A program made the translations under genes and the position numbers. The notes beneath the pieces were generated by a model that was given only the letters and a program-made list of their open reading frames with translations, made no database searches and had not been told where the DNA came from. A stretch of DNA of 64,000 nucleotides, from positions 64,001 to 128,000 of the forward strand of contig CBDCWP010000010.1 in NCBI GenBank assembly GCA_965223505.1. Direction: 5' to 3'. The DNA is from Planctomycetota bacterium. Lineage in GTDB: Bacteria > Planctomycetota > PLA2 > JAEUHO01. Positions 51,101 through 60,446 of the stretch are shown in pieces. Numbering within the stretch: the first letter of the stretch is position 1; each line of letters opens with the position of its first letter.

Positions 51101-51950
51101 GGTCCACACGGTCGTCGGGCTCGCCGCCGACCCCGAACTGCTCGGGCGCTGCGTACTCGATGGAGCCGACGAAGTCGCCGCTGCGCGAAAGGCGGATCGC
51201 CTGGTCCTGGAGCAGGGCCACACCCAGGTCCATCACCTTGACGACGTGATCAGGCGTAATGAGCACGTTCTCGGGTTTGAGATCCCGGTGAATGACCCGC
51301 GCAGCGTGAACGGCCGAGAGCCCCTTGGCCACCTCGCGGCCGATGTGGCGACACAGCTCCTCGGGCACACACTGCAGCTCCTGTAGCAGGTCGCGTAGCG
51401 TGCCGCCTTCGACGTACTCCATGACGAGGAAGTTGCGGGATCGGCCTTCGACGCGGGCCGTGCCGGACGCGAACGAGCGAACGACGTTCTCGTGCCGCAC
51501 CTGCCGGCCGATCTCGGCCTCGCGCAGGAAGCGCTCGACGAGGCCCGACTCCGATAGGAGATGTGGATGGATGAGCTTCAAGGCCACCCGGCCGTCGGGT
51601 CCCTCGGCTTCGTAGACGGCGCCCATCGACCCCTCGCCCAGCAATCGCGTCGGGGTGTACGCGCCGAGACACGGCGGCAGGGGCACGTCCTCGGGTTCTT
51701 CCCGTGCAGCGATGTCCAGAACCCGGTTCACGAGGCTTCGTCCGGCCGCGATCCGCGTCTCGTCGAAGGGCCCGGCGGACGCGTCGTCCTCGGCGAGCAT
51801 CGCGCCGACCTCGCGGTACAGCTCGTCGTCGTCCCCGCATGCCGAACGGAGGGCGTCCTCGCGCTCCGCAGGCGGTCGCCGGCCGACGTCGCGGAGAAGA
51901 TCGAGCATGCGCCGCGTGCGCGCGGCCGAGGGGTCATCGGGAGGTTGCAT
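48156..51950 (-). CDS. Soluble Ser/Thr kinase - P-loop ATPase - TPR protein
   Basis: GEGSMGAVY, HRDLKPEN, DLG, APE; Walker A GEAGVGKT, Walker B VLIDDLH, GNPFF; ~40-aa TPR repeats; no TM segment seen. Confidence 0.88.
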   Translation of the reverse strand: MQPPDDPSAARTRRMLDLLRDVGRRPPAEREDALRSACGDDDELYREVGAMLAEDDASAGPFDETRIAAGRSLVNRVLDIAAREEPEDVPLPPCLGAYTPTRLLGEGSMGAVYEAEGPDGRVALKLIHPHLLSESGLVERFLREAEIGRQVRHENVVRSFASGTARVEGRSRNFLVMEYVEGGTLRDLLQELQCVPEELCRHIGREVAKGLSAVHAARVIHRDLKPENVLITPDHVVKVMDLGVALLQDQAIRLSRSGDFVGSIEYAAPEQFGVGGEPDDRVDLYALGVLLYELATGRHPHRDKDFSKLLKNIVERTPRKAGEINPQLSAFFEEVVHTLLQRDREQRFDSASQVADVLDHGERSAWWRERATALRQETRRPLRRIRIARETAVYGRDDDLAKLQRLFDKADAGDGQVLLLEGEAGVGKTRLVDEFVRRLGPNVNFLFGSYPPGGAATASGAFSEAYREQFGAEGLEQSLADVLTATPVLVPAFAAVLRGEALPSEAQALTKDSLQTVFVHATHALAAERTTIVLIDDLHFAPEEGRALFSSLAMAAPGHRVLLVGTMRPGVSERWIAEIDRLDHATHAQVARLGPKDLAKLLEDVFRSERLAGELGHQIALKSDGNPFFAFEIIQGLREGRFIARQPDGSWATTRRIEEISVPSSVAGIVNARVAELADDERTLLDIASCLGFEFESGVVATVLGIARIVALQMLGRIEKRHRLVHAVGDHFVFDHHQVQETLYEGLSKPLREEYHAAIATALEDGGTPLDICEHHLRGVHAERALPHLDAALDELEAAFLNERAIALADRALDLLEGERRLEILLRKSSRLHLLGRRAEQEPVLAEARTLAADKRSLARVEQAEGDLLASTGRYEDALGFLERALACFREVGDGRGEVGATTGLGRALRALGRYDDAQAKFERSLALSRELGDRRGEAGALGSLGTVLHTRGHHEASLPYLEQELAISVEIGDRAGEVAATGDLGNSLYALGRYEEALAQFQRSLAIAREIGNRHGEAITMGGLGSLFQTLGRYGDALAQCERYLAIAREIGQKSSEAVALVNLGPLWLKLGQVARARAALQSCLELCLQIGARYAEGYALRALGDVAAQEGDPEAALAFANRGLAVRRETGHGDGVADSLIQLGELHLRAGAFDAAGRPLQEALQLLRAQNRLADVAHAAALLARLPDGDVDAARTAFEAAGAKADALHVLFPMWQVTGERSYLDAAKRLLDEHVEHVPEEYRASMIANVTLHREIMEAWDD

Positions 51951-52108
51951 GGTTGGGAGCGAGGGGGCCTCCGGGGGGCGTGAGCGTAGCGAAACCGCGG
52001 TTGCGACGCTCTACGTGACCGGTTCGCCGCCGTAACGGCAATGCCCCCCCGGCAGTGTGCGGAGCGCGGGCGCATTGGGGCCGTCCGGTTCGCAGGAAGG
52101 AGGACACC

Positions 52109-52522
52109 ATGGTCCAAAAGGCGATTTCGTGCGGTTTCCTCGTGCTCGTCGTGGCGCTTGCAGGATGCGGCGGCGGTGGGGACGACGATCTCCTCGGAGG
52201 TTCTTCGAGCGGCGGGCCGAACGTCTCGGTCACCGTGCAGAACGCCAGCTCGATCAACACCACCATCACGTTCATCACGGTCACGCGGGTCGTGAACGGC
52301 ATTCCAGTGCCCCCTCCGGAGGGGACCTTCTCGGGTGTCGGCGGACCGATGCGCCTCGGTGAGCAAGTGACCTTCGGCCTCGTCGGCGGCGTGTATCGGT
52401 TCTTCATCGAATGGGCCGTCAACGGCTCCGCGGCCGGCGCCGACTCCTTCGATCTGCTGTTCGTCGGCGGGCAATGGTTGGTGCAGGTCGAGCCCGGCAA
52501 CTCGAACGTCACAGTGATCTGA
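52109..52522 (+). CDS. Hypothetical lipoprotein
   Basis: RBS GGAGGA; lipobox LAGC followed by GGGG. Confidence 0.7.
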   Translation: MVQKAISCGFLVLVVALAGCGGGGDDDLLGGSSSGGPNVSVTVQNASSINTTITFITVTRVVNGIPVPPPEGTFSGVGGPMRLGEQVTFGLVGGVYRFFIEWAVNGSAAGADSFDLLFVGGQWLVQVEPGNSNVTVI

Positions 52523-52585
52523 CGAGACGGCCGCAACGCACCGGCGCCGCGACAGCGCCGGGCGCATCCGGTACGCTCGTCGACC

Positions 52586-53755
52586 ATGCGTCCCATCGCC
52601 CGCGCCCTGGTCGTCCTCGCCCTGGTCGTCACGCCGATCGCGGCCGAAGAGGACCACGACACCCGCGTCGAGCTGACGCCTGGTACGTCGGGCTCGAAGC
52701 TCGCGCCCCGGTACTCGCCCAAGGGGTCCAAGGTCGCGCTCGAGCCGGTGACGACGGACGAGCGCGAAGGGCGGGACCACCGGCAGGGACACTTGCAGCT
52801 CGGGCCCGCGAACACGCGCGGTAGCGGCCATCCCCTGTTGCTTGCGCGAAGCGCGGCAGGCGATGCCTTCGATCTGCTCTGGGTCGACATGAACGGCGAC
52901 GGCGCGCTGGCCGACGACGAGCTCTTGCGCGGGACGCCGCGGCCGGCTCGCCGCTCCATGTACACGAGCTTCACCGCCGAGGTCCGCGTGAATCACGGAA
53001 CGACGGAAGCGCCGGCTTGGGAGCCGTACCCGATCTCCCTGTGGGTCGCCGTCGAGTCCAAGGCGACGATCCCGCCGTTCATTCGCTTCAGCCGCCGTGG
53101 GTTCCTGACCGGCCGGATTGCAATCGGCGACGCGCCGCACCACGTCGTGGTGTCGGACGCGAACAACGATGCGGTGTACGGCGAGGGCGACTGGTGGGCC
53201 TTGTTGCCGGCGGACGCGACGGCGCACGACATCTCGGTCGCGCGCAAGGTGGGGGACTTTGCCTGGTCCGGCACGCAAGCGTTCAAGCTCGAGCTCGAGG
53301 GGACGGCCGGTCGTCGCGGCCGGGTCGCGCCGTTCGATCCCGGAATCACGCCGGAAGAGGATGCCCGCGCGCGCGATCCGTACTGGGACGACAAGCGCGC
53401 GGAGCGCGCCGAACATCCGCTCGTCTTCACCCACGACGCCGATGCGGCCATTGAGGACGCACGCGAACGAGGGGTGTCGTACTTCCTCGATTTCGAGACG
53501 GTTTGGTGCGGTCCCTGCAAGAGCATGGATCGCTGGGTGTACACCGCCAAGAGCGTCGTCGCGGCCGCCGAAGGCATCGTCTGCATCAAGGTCGACGGCG
53601 ACGAACGCAAGGACCTGAAGGAGCGCTACAAGGTGACCAGCTTCCCGACCGGCGTCCTCTTCGGCGCCGACGGCGGTGAGATCGCGCGTTTCAACGGATA
53701 CCGGACGGCGAAGGAGATGACGGCGTTCTTCGGCAAGGCTCGAGCGAGGAAGTAG
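52586..53755 (+). CDS. Secreted protein with C-terminal thioredoxin domain
   Basis: Signal peptide, DMNGDG Ca-binding-like loop, LDFETVWCGPCK, cis-Pro FPT. Confidence 0.8.
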   Translation: MRPIARALVVLALVVTPIAAEEDHDTRVELTPGTSGSKLAPRYSPKGSKVALEPVTTDEREGRDHRQGHLQLGPANTRGSGHPLLLARSAAGDAFDLLWVDMNGDGALADDELLRGTPRPARRSMYTSFTAEVRVNHGTTEAPAWEPYPISLWVAVESKATIPPFIRFSRRGFLTGRIAIGDAPHHVVVSDANNDAVYGEGDWWALLPADATAHDISVARKVGDFAWSGTQAFKLELEGTAGRRGRVAPFDPGITPEEDARARDPYWDDKRAERAEHPLVFTHDADAAIEDARERGVSYFLDFETVWCGPCKSMDRWVYTAKSVVAAAEGIVCIKVDGDERKDLKERYKVTSFPTGVLFGADGGEIARFNGYRTAKEMTAFFGKARARK

Positions 53756-53798
53756 CGAGGTTGTGATCCGCGCCGCGCCGAGGTGAAATGCGCACGGC

Positions 53799-54293
53799 AT
53801 GACGGTCTTCTCACCCAACAAGACGAGCGCGAAACTCCTGGTGGACTACGCATCCGAGCGGTGGGGCGGCGGCGACGCGACGCCGGAGTCCCACCGGCGC
53901 TATCTCATGATCTACGATCTCTACATCAAGGCCCGTAGCTACTCGATCATCAACAAGGTCACGTTCTGGTTCGCGATCGGGGCGGGCATCATGGTGCTTC
54001 TCTGGCCGTCGCTCGCGATCGTCACGAAGGACTTCGGGTTCGAAAAGGAATTCCTCAAGTCGGCCATCGTACAGACCACCATCACGGGACTCGCGCTGCT
54101 GACGTTCGCCGTCTACAGCCACTACAAGAAGCGCCAGATGTTCGTCGAGAACCTCATGCGCACCGTGGTGTATTCGGACGAGGACGTCGGGGATCTGCTC
54201 GAGCGCGTCGTCGGCGAGATTGCACGGATCGACAGCGGGTTCGGGTTCTCGAAGGCAATCCGCAAGGACGGAGACCGCGACGCGGAGCGCTAG
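53799..54293 (+). CDS. Two-TM protein (SLATT/DUF4231-like layout)
   Basis: Helix with KARSY, two TM helices, then YKKRQ..ENL and a helical tail. Confidence 0.6.
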   Translation: MTVFSPNKTSAKLLVDYASERWGGGDATPESHRRYLMIYDLYIKARSYSIINKVTFWFAIGAGIMVLLWPSLAIVTKDFGFEKEFLKSAIVQTTITGLALLTFAVYSHYKKRQMFVENLMRTVVYSDEDVGDLLERVVGEIARIDSGFGFSKAIRKDGDRDAER

Positions 54294-54375
54294 ACGCGGA
54301 TCGGGATCGCGTGACCGCAGCGTTCTTCGTAGACTTCCGTCGCGTTCGAATCGTCGGGCGACGGAGGACAGCAAG

Positions 54376-54822
54376 ATGCGGAACGGTACGGTGGCAATCA
54401 TCTTGGCGCTCGTGTTCACGGTCGCGGGGTGCGGCGACGACGGCGGCAACGGCGGTGACGACCAGACCAGCCCGGTCGTCGGCACGTGGGTCGTCGACGC
54501 CGAGAAGTACGCCGACGTCATGATGGAGCTCATGAAAGACGCGCCGCCCGAGACGCGCGATCGCGAGAAGCTCAAGGAGGCCGCGAAGATCGAGGTCCAC
54601 GTGAAAGCGGATGGAACCTGGAATGCGGACGGCTCGATGGGGGCGAAGCAGATCAACGAGAGCGGGACGTGGAAGCTCGACGGAGATCAGCTCACGATCG
54701 ACTGGACGATGAAGGACGGCAAAGAGGCGGACTGGACCCAGACCGTGAAATTCGACGGCACCAGCTTCGTGGTCAAGCCTGACAAGGCGATGCCCTTCGA
54801 AGTGACCATGGTCCGGAAGTAG
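54376..54822 (+). CDS. Lipocalin-like lipoprotein
   Basis: Lipobox VAGC, VVGTW, ADGTW, SGTWKLDGDQLTI. Confidence 0.7.
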   Translation: MRNGTVAIILALVFTVAGCGDDGGNGGDDQTSPVVGTWVVDAEKYADVMMELMKDAPPETRDREKLKEAAKIEVHVKADGTWNADGSMGAKQINESGTWKLDGDQLTIDWTMKDGKEADWTQTVKFDGTSFVVKPDKAMPFEVTMVRK

Positions 54823-54971
54823 CTTCGAGCGCAGGGGCGCGCGAAATCCGGGCGCCCCGGCGTCCGTTCGTGAATTTTTTCGACCGCGGCGCTCAAGAGT
54901 CCACGCCCACCCTCCGACCTCTTATCGATGTGGGAGGTTCGCGCTCAGTATTCGGAGGCATCGCGCAGCTC

Positions 54972-55316
54972 ATGCTGCTGCTGCCGTTCATCTGGCTGGT
55001 CGTCGTCATCGTCGCCCAGCTGCCCGGCGGTGCGCCCTCACGCCAGAGCCTGATCGGCAAGTGGGTTTCGCCGGCGGAAGCACCGGATGTGGTGCAGCCG
55101 CTCGTGCTGGAGCTGGACGCCGAAGGCAACTTCGAGCTGAGGCTGACCGGCGACGACGCCGTCGCGCTCACCACCCGTGTGAAGGGGCGCTACGAGATCC
55201 GCATGGGACGGCTCGTGATGGTGCTGCCCGGCCACAAGATGGTCTGGTCGATCGGCGATCGGGAGCTTCGTCATACGACGAAGCAGGGCTTCTCGTACCG
55301 GCTTCAGCGGTCCTGA
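54972..55316 (+). CDS. Hypothetical membrane-anchored beta-barrel protein
   Basis: N-terminal hydrophobic segment, LIGKW, GRYEI; start uncertain. Confidence 0.5.
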   Translation: MLLLPFIWLVVVIVAQLPGGAPSRQSLIGKWVSPAEAPDVVQPLVLELDAEGNFELRLTGDDAVALTTRVKGRYEIRMGRLVMVLPGHKMVWSIGDRELRHTTKQGFSYRLQRS

Positions 55317-55397
55317 CCGCGGATGGCGCGACTCCGAGCGGCTTCCGCCCGCTCGCTGCGTGAAGATGGTCCGCGTCGCCGAATACGGAGACCACGC

Positions 55398-55793
55398 ATG
55401 GATCCGCACCGTCTAGCACGGGTTGCCGTCGGCGTCCTCGTGCTCGTCCTCTGCGGCTGTGGCGACGACGCCACCGGAAACGGAGACGCGGTTCCGCCCA
55501 CGAGAGCCTCGACGCCGACCGAAGCGATCAACGGGATGCTCACACTGGCGGAGCGAGGTAGGTGGGAGGCGTACGTCTCCACGTACTACGTCGAGCGGCA
55601 CAAGATGGACAAGCCCGCCGAGCAGACGAAGAAGATCGCTGACAATCTCGCGAAGTTGGGCGAGCTGCTCATCGAGAAGCTGCGTGGCTGCTTGGGCCAG
55701 TCGCCCACGATGAGCGAGGACGGCACCAAGGCGACGTATCCGAACGGCCTGACCTTGCACGAGAAGGACGGTCAGTGGGGGTTTCACCTCTAG
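55398..55793 (+). CDS. Hypothetical lipoprotein
   Basis: Lipobox LCGC; TPTEA; C-terminal EKDGQW. Confidence 0.65.
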   Translation: MDPHRLARVAVGVLVLVLCGCGDDATGNGDAVPPTRASTPTEAINGMLTLAERGRWEAYVSTYYVERHKMDKPAEQTKKIADNLAKLGELLIEKLRGCLGQSPTMSEDGTKATYPNGLTLHEKDGQWGFHL

Positions 55794-55820
55794 CGGACAC
55801 TCGTTCCTCGCCCGCCGAAT

Positions 55821-57716
55821 CTAGGGCAGCAAGGCCGCCAGCGCCGTTTCGTCGTCGGCGTCCAGGTCGCCGTCGAAGTCGAGGTCGCCGATCGACGACG
55901 CGTCGACCGTGGGAAACTGCACCATGAAGGCGGCGAGGTCGTTGATCGCGAGCGTCAGCGCGACCTGATCCGCCGCGGACAACGTCGCGTCGCCGTCGAG
56001 ATCCCCGACCAGTCCCTCGCCCTCGATGACCGTCAGGGTGCGGTTGACCGGGAGATTCGTGAACGTCTGCTCGGCGCTGCGTTGGAACTGGACGCGCAGC
56101 TCGGGCACCGCCGCCGCGTTCTCACCCAAGCCGAAGTGACAGACCAGCTCGTTGTGGCCGAGGTAGTTGCAGCCGCCGTCGACCTCCCGCACCAACTGTA
56201 GAGCCGGATTCAGCGCGTCGGGCATGACCGTGACCCACGCGCCGAGACCGTCGCGGTTCGAGAGCGTGCCGATCGTGCGCACGCGCAACCAATCCCAGGC
56301 GTTGCCGCCGTCGTTGCGGAACAACAACGGGCTGCCGCCGTTGTTCACGACGAAGATGTCGAGGTCGCCGTCGCAGTCGTAGTCGAAGACCAAGAGACCC
56401 TTGCCCATCTGCGTGTCGTTGACGCCGTATGCGTCGCTGCGGTCGAAGAACCGGCCGTTCTCGTTCATCCACAGCTTCATGGGGTCGGCGCCCCAGAGCT
56501 GGGCCAGGGGGTTTGCGCCCGTCGTGAACGGCACACCGTTCGTCATGACGAGATCGGGATCGCGATCGTTGTCCATGTCGAAGAACGTCGCGCCCCAGCC
56601 CCAGTGACCGTTCCGCACGCCGGCTGCGTCCGTCTGGTCCGAGAAGACCCGCCCGCCTTCGTTGCGGTAGAGGCGGTTGCCGCTGTTCAGCCAGGCGCAG
56701 AAGTCGTCGGGGCAGTGTCCGACCGGATCGAAGATCGACGTGACGAACCAGTCGAGGTCGCCGTCGAGGTCGTAGTCCATGACCGTCGAGCCCATGCCGT
56801 TCTCGTCGGTCGCGACGCCGGCCGCGACCGTCCCGTCGGTGAACGTGCCGTCTCCGTTGCTCCAGAACAGCTTGCTCGTCTGGAAGTCGGCCGCGATGAT
56901 CAGGTCGAGGTTGCCGTCCCGGTCCAGGTCCGTGAACCGGGGCGCAAAGCCCCAGGCGCCCGTGCCGGGCGCGACCCCGGCCGCCGTGATGTGCTGGCTC
57001 TGGCTCGTGTCGACGCCCGCGAACGTCGTGCGGTCTTCGAAGTGGCCCGGATTCGCCATCCCCAGGTTGCGGAGCAGGCGCGCGTGCGACATGGCGGGCG
57101 GCATGTCGTCGTAGTTGTTGCCCCATTCGACGACGAAGATGTCGAGGTAGCCGTCCTCGTCGTAGTCGCCCATCGTCACGCCGTAGCAGCCGTGCCGCTC
57201 CGCGCTCGAGATGTCCGCCCCGCGCACGACGGCCTCTTCGGTGAAGAACCCGGAGCCGTCGTTGATGAACAGGTGGTTGCGCAGGCCCGTCACCGAGCTG
57301 ACGTAGAAGTCGAGGTCGCCGTCGTTCTCGATGTCACCCCAGCAGACGCCGTTGCCGCCGAGCTCGGGCAGGGGCACGTTGAGTCCCGCCGCCGCGGATA
57401 CGTCGGTGAAGGTCCCGTCGCCGTTGTTGTGGTACAGGATCGGTGAATCGTCGGTCCGCGTGACGAGCAGGTCCGGATACCCGTCGCGGTCGTAATCGGC
57501 CGCCGCCGCACCGCCCGACATGAGGCCGCGTTCGTCGGCCATCTGGGTGTCGATCACCTGGTAGGCGATGCCCGCGAACGCCGCGACCTCCGTGAAGGCG
57601 ATCACGTTGACCGGCCCGACGGGCCCGCTGGGCGCCTGCGGCCCGGATCCGCCGCCGCAGGCGGTTCCCGCCACCAGGCAGGCCGCGATGCCGATGCGGC
57701 TCCACACGTCGTGCAT
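55821..57716 (-). CDS. CRTAC1/ASPIC-UnbV family FG-GAP repeat lipoprotein with dockerin-like C-terminus
   Basis: Repeated DxDxDGxxD motifs, NRDGLGAWV, HFGLG; paired GDLDGD/GDLDFDGD at the C-terminus; GTAC lipobox. Confidence 0.85.
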   Translation of the reverse strand: MHDVWSRIGIAACLVAGTACGGGSGPQAPSGPVGPVNVIAFTEVAAFAGIAYQVIDTQMADERGLMSGGAAAADYDRDGYPDLLVTRTDDSPILYHNNGDGTFTDVSAAAGLNVPLPELGGNGVCWGDIENDGDLDFYVSSVTGLRNHLFINDGSGFFTEEAVVRGADISSAERHGCYGVTMGDYDEDGYLDIFVVEWGNNYDDMPPAMSHARLLRNLGMANPGHFEDRTTFAGVDTSQSQHITAAGVAPGTGAWGFAPRFTDLDRDGNLDLIIAADFQTSKLFWSNGDGTFTDGTVAAGVATDENGMGSTVMDYDLDGDLDWFVTSIFDPVGHCPDDFCAWLNSGNRLYRNEGGRVFSDQTDAAGVRNGHWGWGATFFDMDNDRDPDLVMTNGVPFTTGANPLAQLWGADPMKLWMNENGRFFDRSDAYGVNDTQMGKGLLVFDYDCDGDLDIFVVNNGGSPLLFRNDGGNAWDWLRVRTIGTLSNRDGLGAWVTVMPDALNPALQLVREVDGGCNYLGHNELVCHFGLGENAAAVPELRVQFQRSAEQTFTNLPVNRTLTVIEGEGLVGDLDGDATLSAADQVALTLAINDLAAFMVQFPTVDASSIGDLDFDGDLDADDETALAALLP

Positions 57717-57941
57717 TGGTTCCTCCAGGCCCCCGGCACATCGTACCCGCTGTGATCCGCCGCGAGACACGATCGCGCGGGCCCTGTCCAACCTCCGAAC
57801 ACGCCGTCAGGGCGGATTGGACGCACCCCCAGGCGCGGGTAGGCTTTCCGCCAACGAGGCGCGGCAAACCGTCGCTGCGCCGTTTCCTTCTTGCTCCGAG
57901 GCCCACACCTCTTTGCAGGGCCTTGTCGAGCGTGAGTTCCC

Positions 57942-59234
57942 ATGACCAACCAAGCCAAAGGTGCAACGCTGCATCCAATCTGCGACGACGACGTCGTCCC
58001 CTCCTCGAGCCCGGTGTTCGCCGACCTCGATCTCTCTCCGTCCCTCCAGAGCGCGCTGCGTGATCGCGGGTACGCAGCGCCGACGCCGATTCAGGCGCAG
58101 GCCATTCCCCATCTCCTCGAAGGCCGTGACCTGCTCGGTGTCGCGCAGACCGGTACCGGCAAGACCGCGGCCTTCGCGCTGCCGATCATCGACAACCTCC
58201 GGAAGCGGCGCGCCCGGTACGAGACCTGCCGACCGAAGGTCCTGGTCCTCACCCCGACGCGCGAGCTTGCCTCGCAGATCAACGACAGCTTCAAGGCGTA
58301 CGCCAAGGGGTCGCCGCTCCGAAGCACCGTGGTGTTCGGCGGCGTCGGGAAGATGCCGCAGATTCGCGCCATGCGCAGCGGCGTCCACGTCCTAGTCGCC
58401 ACGCCCGGCCGTCTGTTGGATCTGATGGGGCAGCGCGTCGTCGACCTCTCGCACGTGCAGGTCTTCGTTCTCGACGAGGCCGATCGCATGCTCGACATGG
58501 GGTTCCTGCGCGACGTGCGGCGCATCGTCGATGCGCTGCCGAGGAAGCGCCAGTCCCTCCTGTTCAGCGCCACCATGCCGAACGACATCGTTCATCTGGC
58601 GCAAAAGCTCCTTCGCAACCCGGTACGGGTCGAGATCACGCCCCCGAGCTCGACGGTCGAGCGCATCGAGCAACGTGTTTGCCACGTCGAGAAGCACGAG
58701 AAGCGCATGTTGTTGACCCGGATCTTGCGGGCCCCGGACATCAAACGCGCGCTCGTCTTCACGCGCACGAAGCACGGCGCCGACCGCGTCGTGCGCCACC
58801 TGGCGTCCCGCGGCATCGACGCGGCGGCGCTTCACGGCAACAAGTCGCAGGGTGCTCGCGAGCGCGCGCTCGAGGCGTTTCGTGCCGGCCGCGTGCGCGC
58901 GTTGGTCGCGACGGACATCGCCGCGCGCGGCTTGGACGTGCCGGGCATCACACACGTGATCAACTTCGATCTTCCGAACCTGCCGGAGGCGTACGTGCAC
59001 CGCATCGGCCGCACCGCGCGCGCAGGACGCGACGGCATCGCGATCTCGTTCTGCGATCGAACCGAGAGGGCGTATCTCGCCGCCATCGAGCGTGAGATCC
59101 GCCTGCGGCTCGACGTCGTGGGGGAGGCGCCGCGCGACGCGGGTCTGCCGCCGCCGCCGCGTGATCGCTCACCGCGTGGACCACGCTCGGGCGGCCGCCG
59201 GCGCACCCATCGCCGCGGGCGTTCGCGCCGGTAG
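57942..59234 (+). CDS. rhlE: DEAD-box RNA helicase (RhlE-like)
   Basis: AQTGTGKT, PTRELA, TPGRL, DEAD, SAT, ARGLD, HRIGRTAR. Confidence 0.9.
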   Translation: MTNQAKGATLHPICDDDVVPSSSPVFADLDLSPSLQSALRDRGYAAPTPIQAQAIPHLLEGRDLLGVAQTGTGKTAAFALPIIDNLRKRRARYETCRPKVLVLTPTRELASQINDSFKAYAKGSPLRSTVVFGGVGKMPQIRAMRSGVHVLVATPGRLLDLMGQRVVDLSHVQVFVLDEADRMLDMGFLRDVRRIVDALPRKRQSLLFSATMPNDIVHLAQKLLRNPVRVEITPPSSTVERIEQRVCHVEKHEKRMLLTRILRAPDIKRALVFTRTKHGADRVVRHLASRGIDAAALHGNKSQGARERALEAFRAGRVRALVATDIAARGLDVPGITHVINFDLPNLPEAYVHRIGRTARAGRDGIAISFCDRTERAYLAAIEREIRLRLDVVGEAPRDAGLPPPPRDRSPRGPRSGGRRRTHRRGRSRR

Positions 59235-59267
59235 CGACGAGTCCGGCGCGCTCGCGGGCACCCGAAC

Positions 59268-59435
59268 CTAGCCGAAGACGAAGTAGGCGATGGTGCCGGC
59301 CAGGATCAGGCAGAAGACGACGGCGCCGAAGGCGTCGGCGGCCTTCTCCTTGCGCTCCAGATCCTCGACCCATCGCTGGCCGCTGGTCTTGTATCCGGAA
59401 AGGTACAGGTTCAGACGTCGTTCGTACTCGTCCAT
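59268..59435 (-). CDS. Small protein with C-terminal TM helix
   Basis: 55 aa, GGAG RBS, hydrophobic C-terminus. Confidence 0.5.
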   Translation of the reverse strand: MDEYERRLNLYLSGYKTSGQRWVEDLERKEKAADAFGAVVFCLILAGTIAYFVFG

Positions 59436-59473
59436 GGTGATCTCCGATTCGTGATTGCGAGACGTGCGACGTC

Positions 59474-60001
59474 TCAGACATCGATTCCCAGACGCGCGCT
59501 TTGCGCCACGAGGCGGAAGGTGCGCGTCGATCTGCGGTGCTGCTTGCGGTCCACCTTGAAGCTGAGGTGGAAGAACTGGCGTGCACGCCGAAGCGTGTAG
59601 GTCTCCTGCACGCACGGAATGCCGTCGACCATCCTGCATTCCATGTGGCGGCTTTCTTCGGCGGGCGTGAGGTTCCAGCCGTTCGCGACGATGTCGCGCG
59701 CGCCTCGGTCCCTGGGCGCGCGCAACGAGATGGAGCGTCGACCCCGCAACTTGAACCTCGGGTACGATCGCCGTAGGGACTCGGCGAGCATCTCTTGGTA
59801 GCGCTTCAGCGACCCGCGTTCGCCGTCCTCGCGATAGGAGCCCACCTCGAAGAGCGTTCGCCGGTCGGCCGACTCCGCCGCGAAGCACATCGTGCTGCCG
59901 CGCGGCGTCACCTCGTGCCAGGTGTCCGGGTAGCGCACGTAGAAGAGCTCGCCGGGGTGCACGTGCGTGTTCCAGGTGGGGGGGATCTTCGTTGCGAACA
60001 T
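59474..60001 (-). CDS. Hypothetical protein (PsbP/Mog1-like pattern)
   Basis: W..H......FYVRYPDTW start; co-oriented with neighbours. Confidence 0.5.
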   Translation of the reverse strand: MFATKIPPTWNTHVHPGELFYVRYPDTWHEVTPRGSTMCFAAESADRRTLFEVGSYREDGERGSLKRYQEMLAESLRRSYPRFKLRGRRSISLRAPRDRGARDIVANGWNLTPAEESRHMECRMVDGIPCVQETYTLRRARQFFHLSFKVDRKQHRRSTRTFRLVAQSARLGIDV

Positions 60002-60035
60002 GGCTCTCGACTCCGATTCGGTGTTGCGTTCGGAG

Positions 60036-60371
60036 CTACTGGAGTGTGATGCGGAACTTGGGCGTGTTCTTCACGTTCCAGGTGGCAGCGTCCCAGACCA
60101 GCACCTCTTTGCCGTTCTTGTAGGCCTTGCCGTAGGTGCGGATGGTGCCGTCGTGGGCGGCCGTCCAGTCTTCGTAGCTGTTCGGGTCGATCCAGCCGGA
60201 CTCGGCGCCGTACGCGTCGACGACCGTGTAGTAGACGCTGTAGCTCGTCGGGTTGACGATGCGGACGAGCGACTTCTCGCGCTTGGCGGCGTCGGCCGAC
60301 GAGGTCGGAATGGCCAGCGTCGCGATGACGAGACCGAGAATCAGGGTGAAGGCGATCGAGCGGTTGCGCAT
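60036..60371 (-). CDS. Small secreted protein
   Basis: RBS AAGGA, signal peptide, beta-rich mature part. Confidence 0.65.
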   Translation of the reverse strand: MRNRSIAFTLILGLVIATLAIPTSSADAAKREKSLVRIVNPTSYSVYYTVVDAYGAESGWIDPNSYEDWTAAHDGTIRTYGKAYKNGKEVLVWDAATWNVKNTPKFRITLQ

Positions 60372-60446
60372 GGGAGTTCCTTTCGTTGGGGTCCCCATGC
60401 CGAACCCAAGACACCCGCGAAGCGGACACCGAAAATCGGGATTCCC

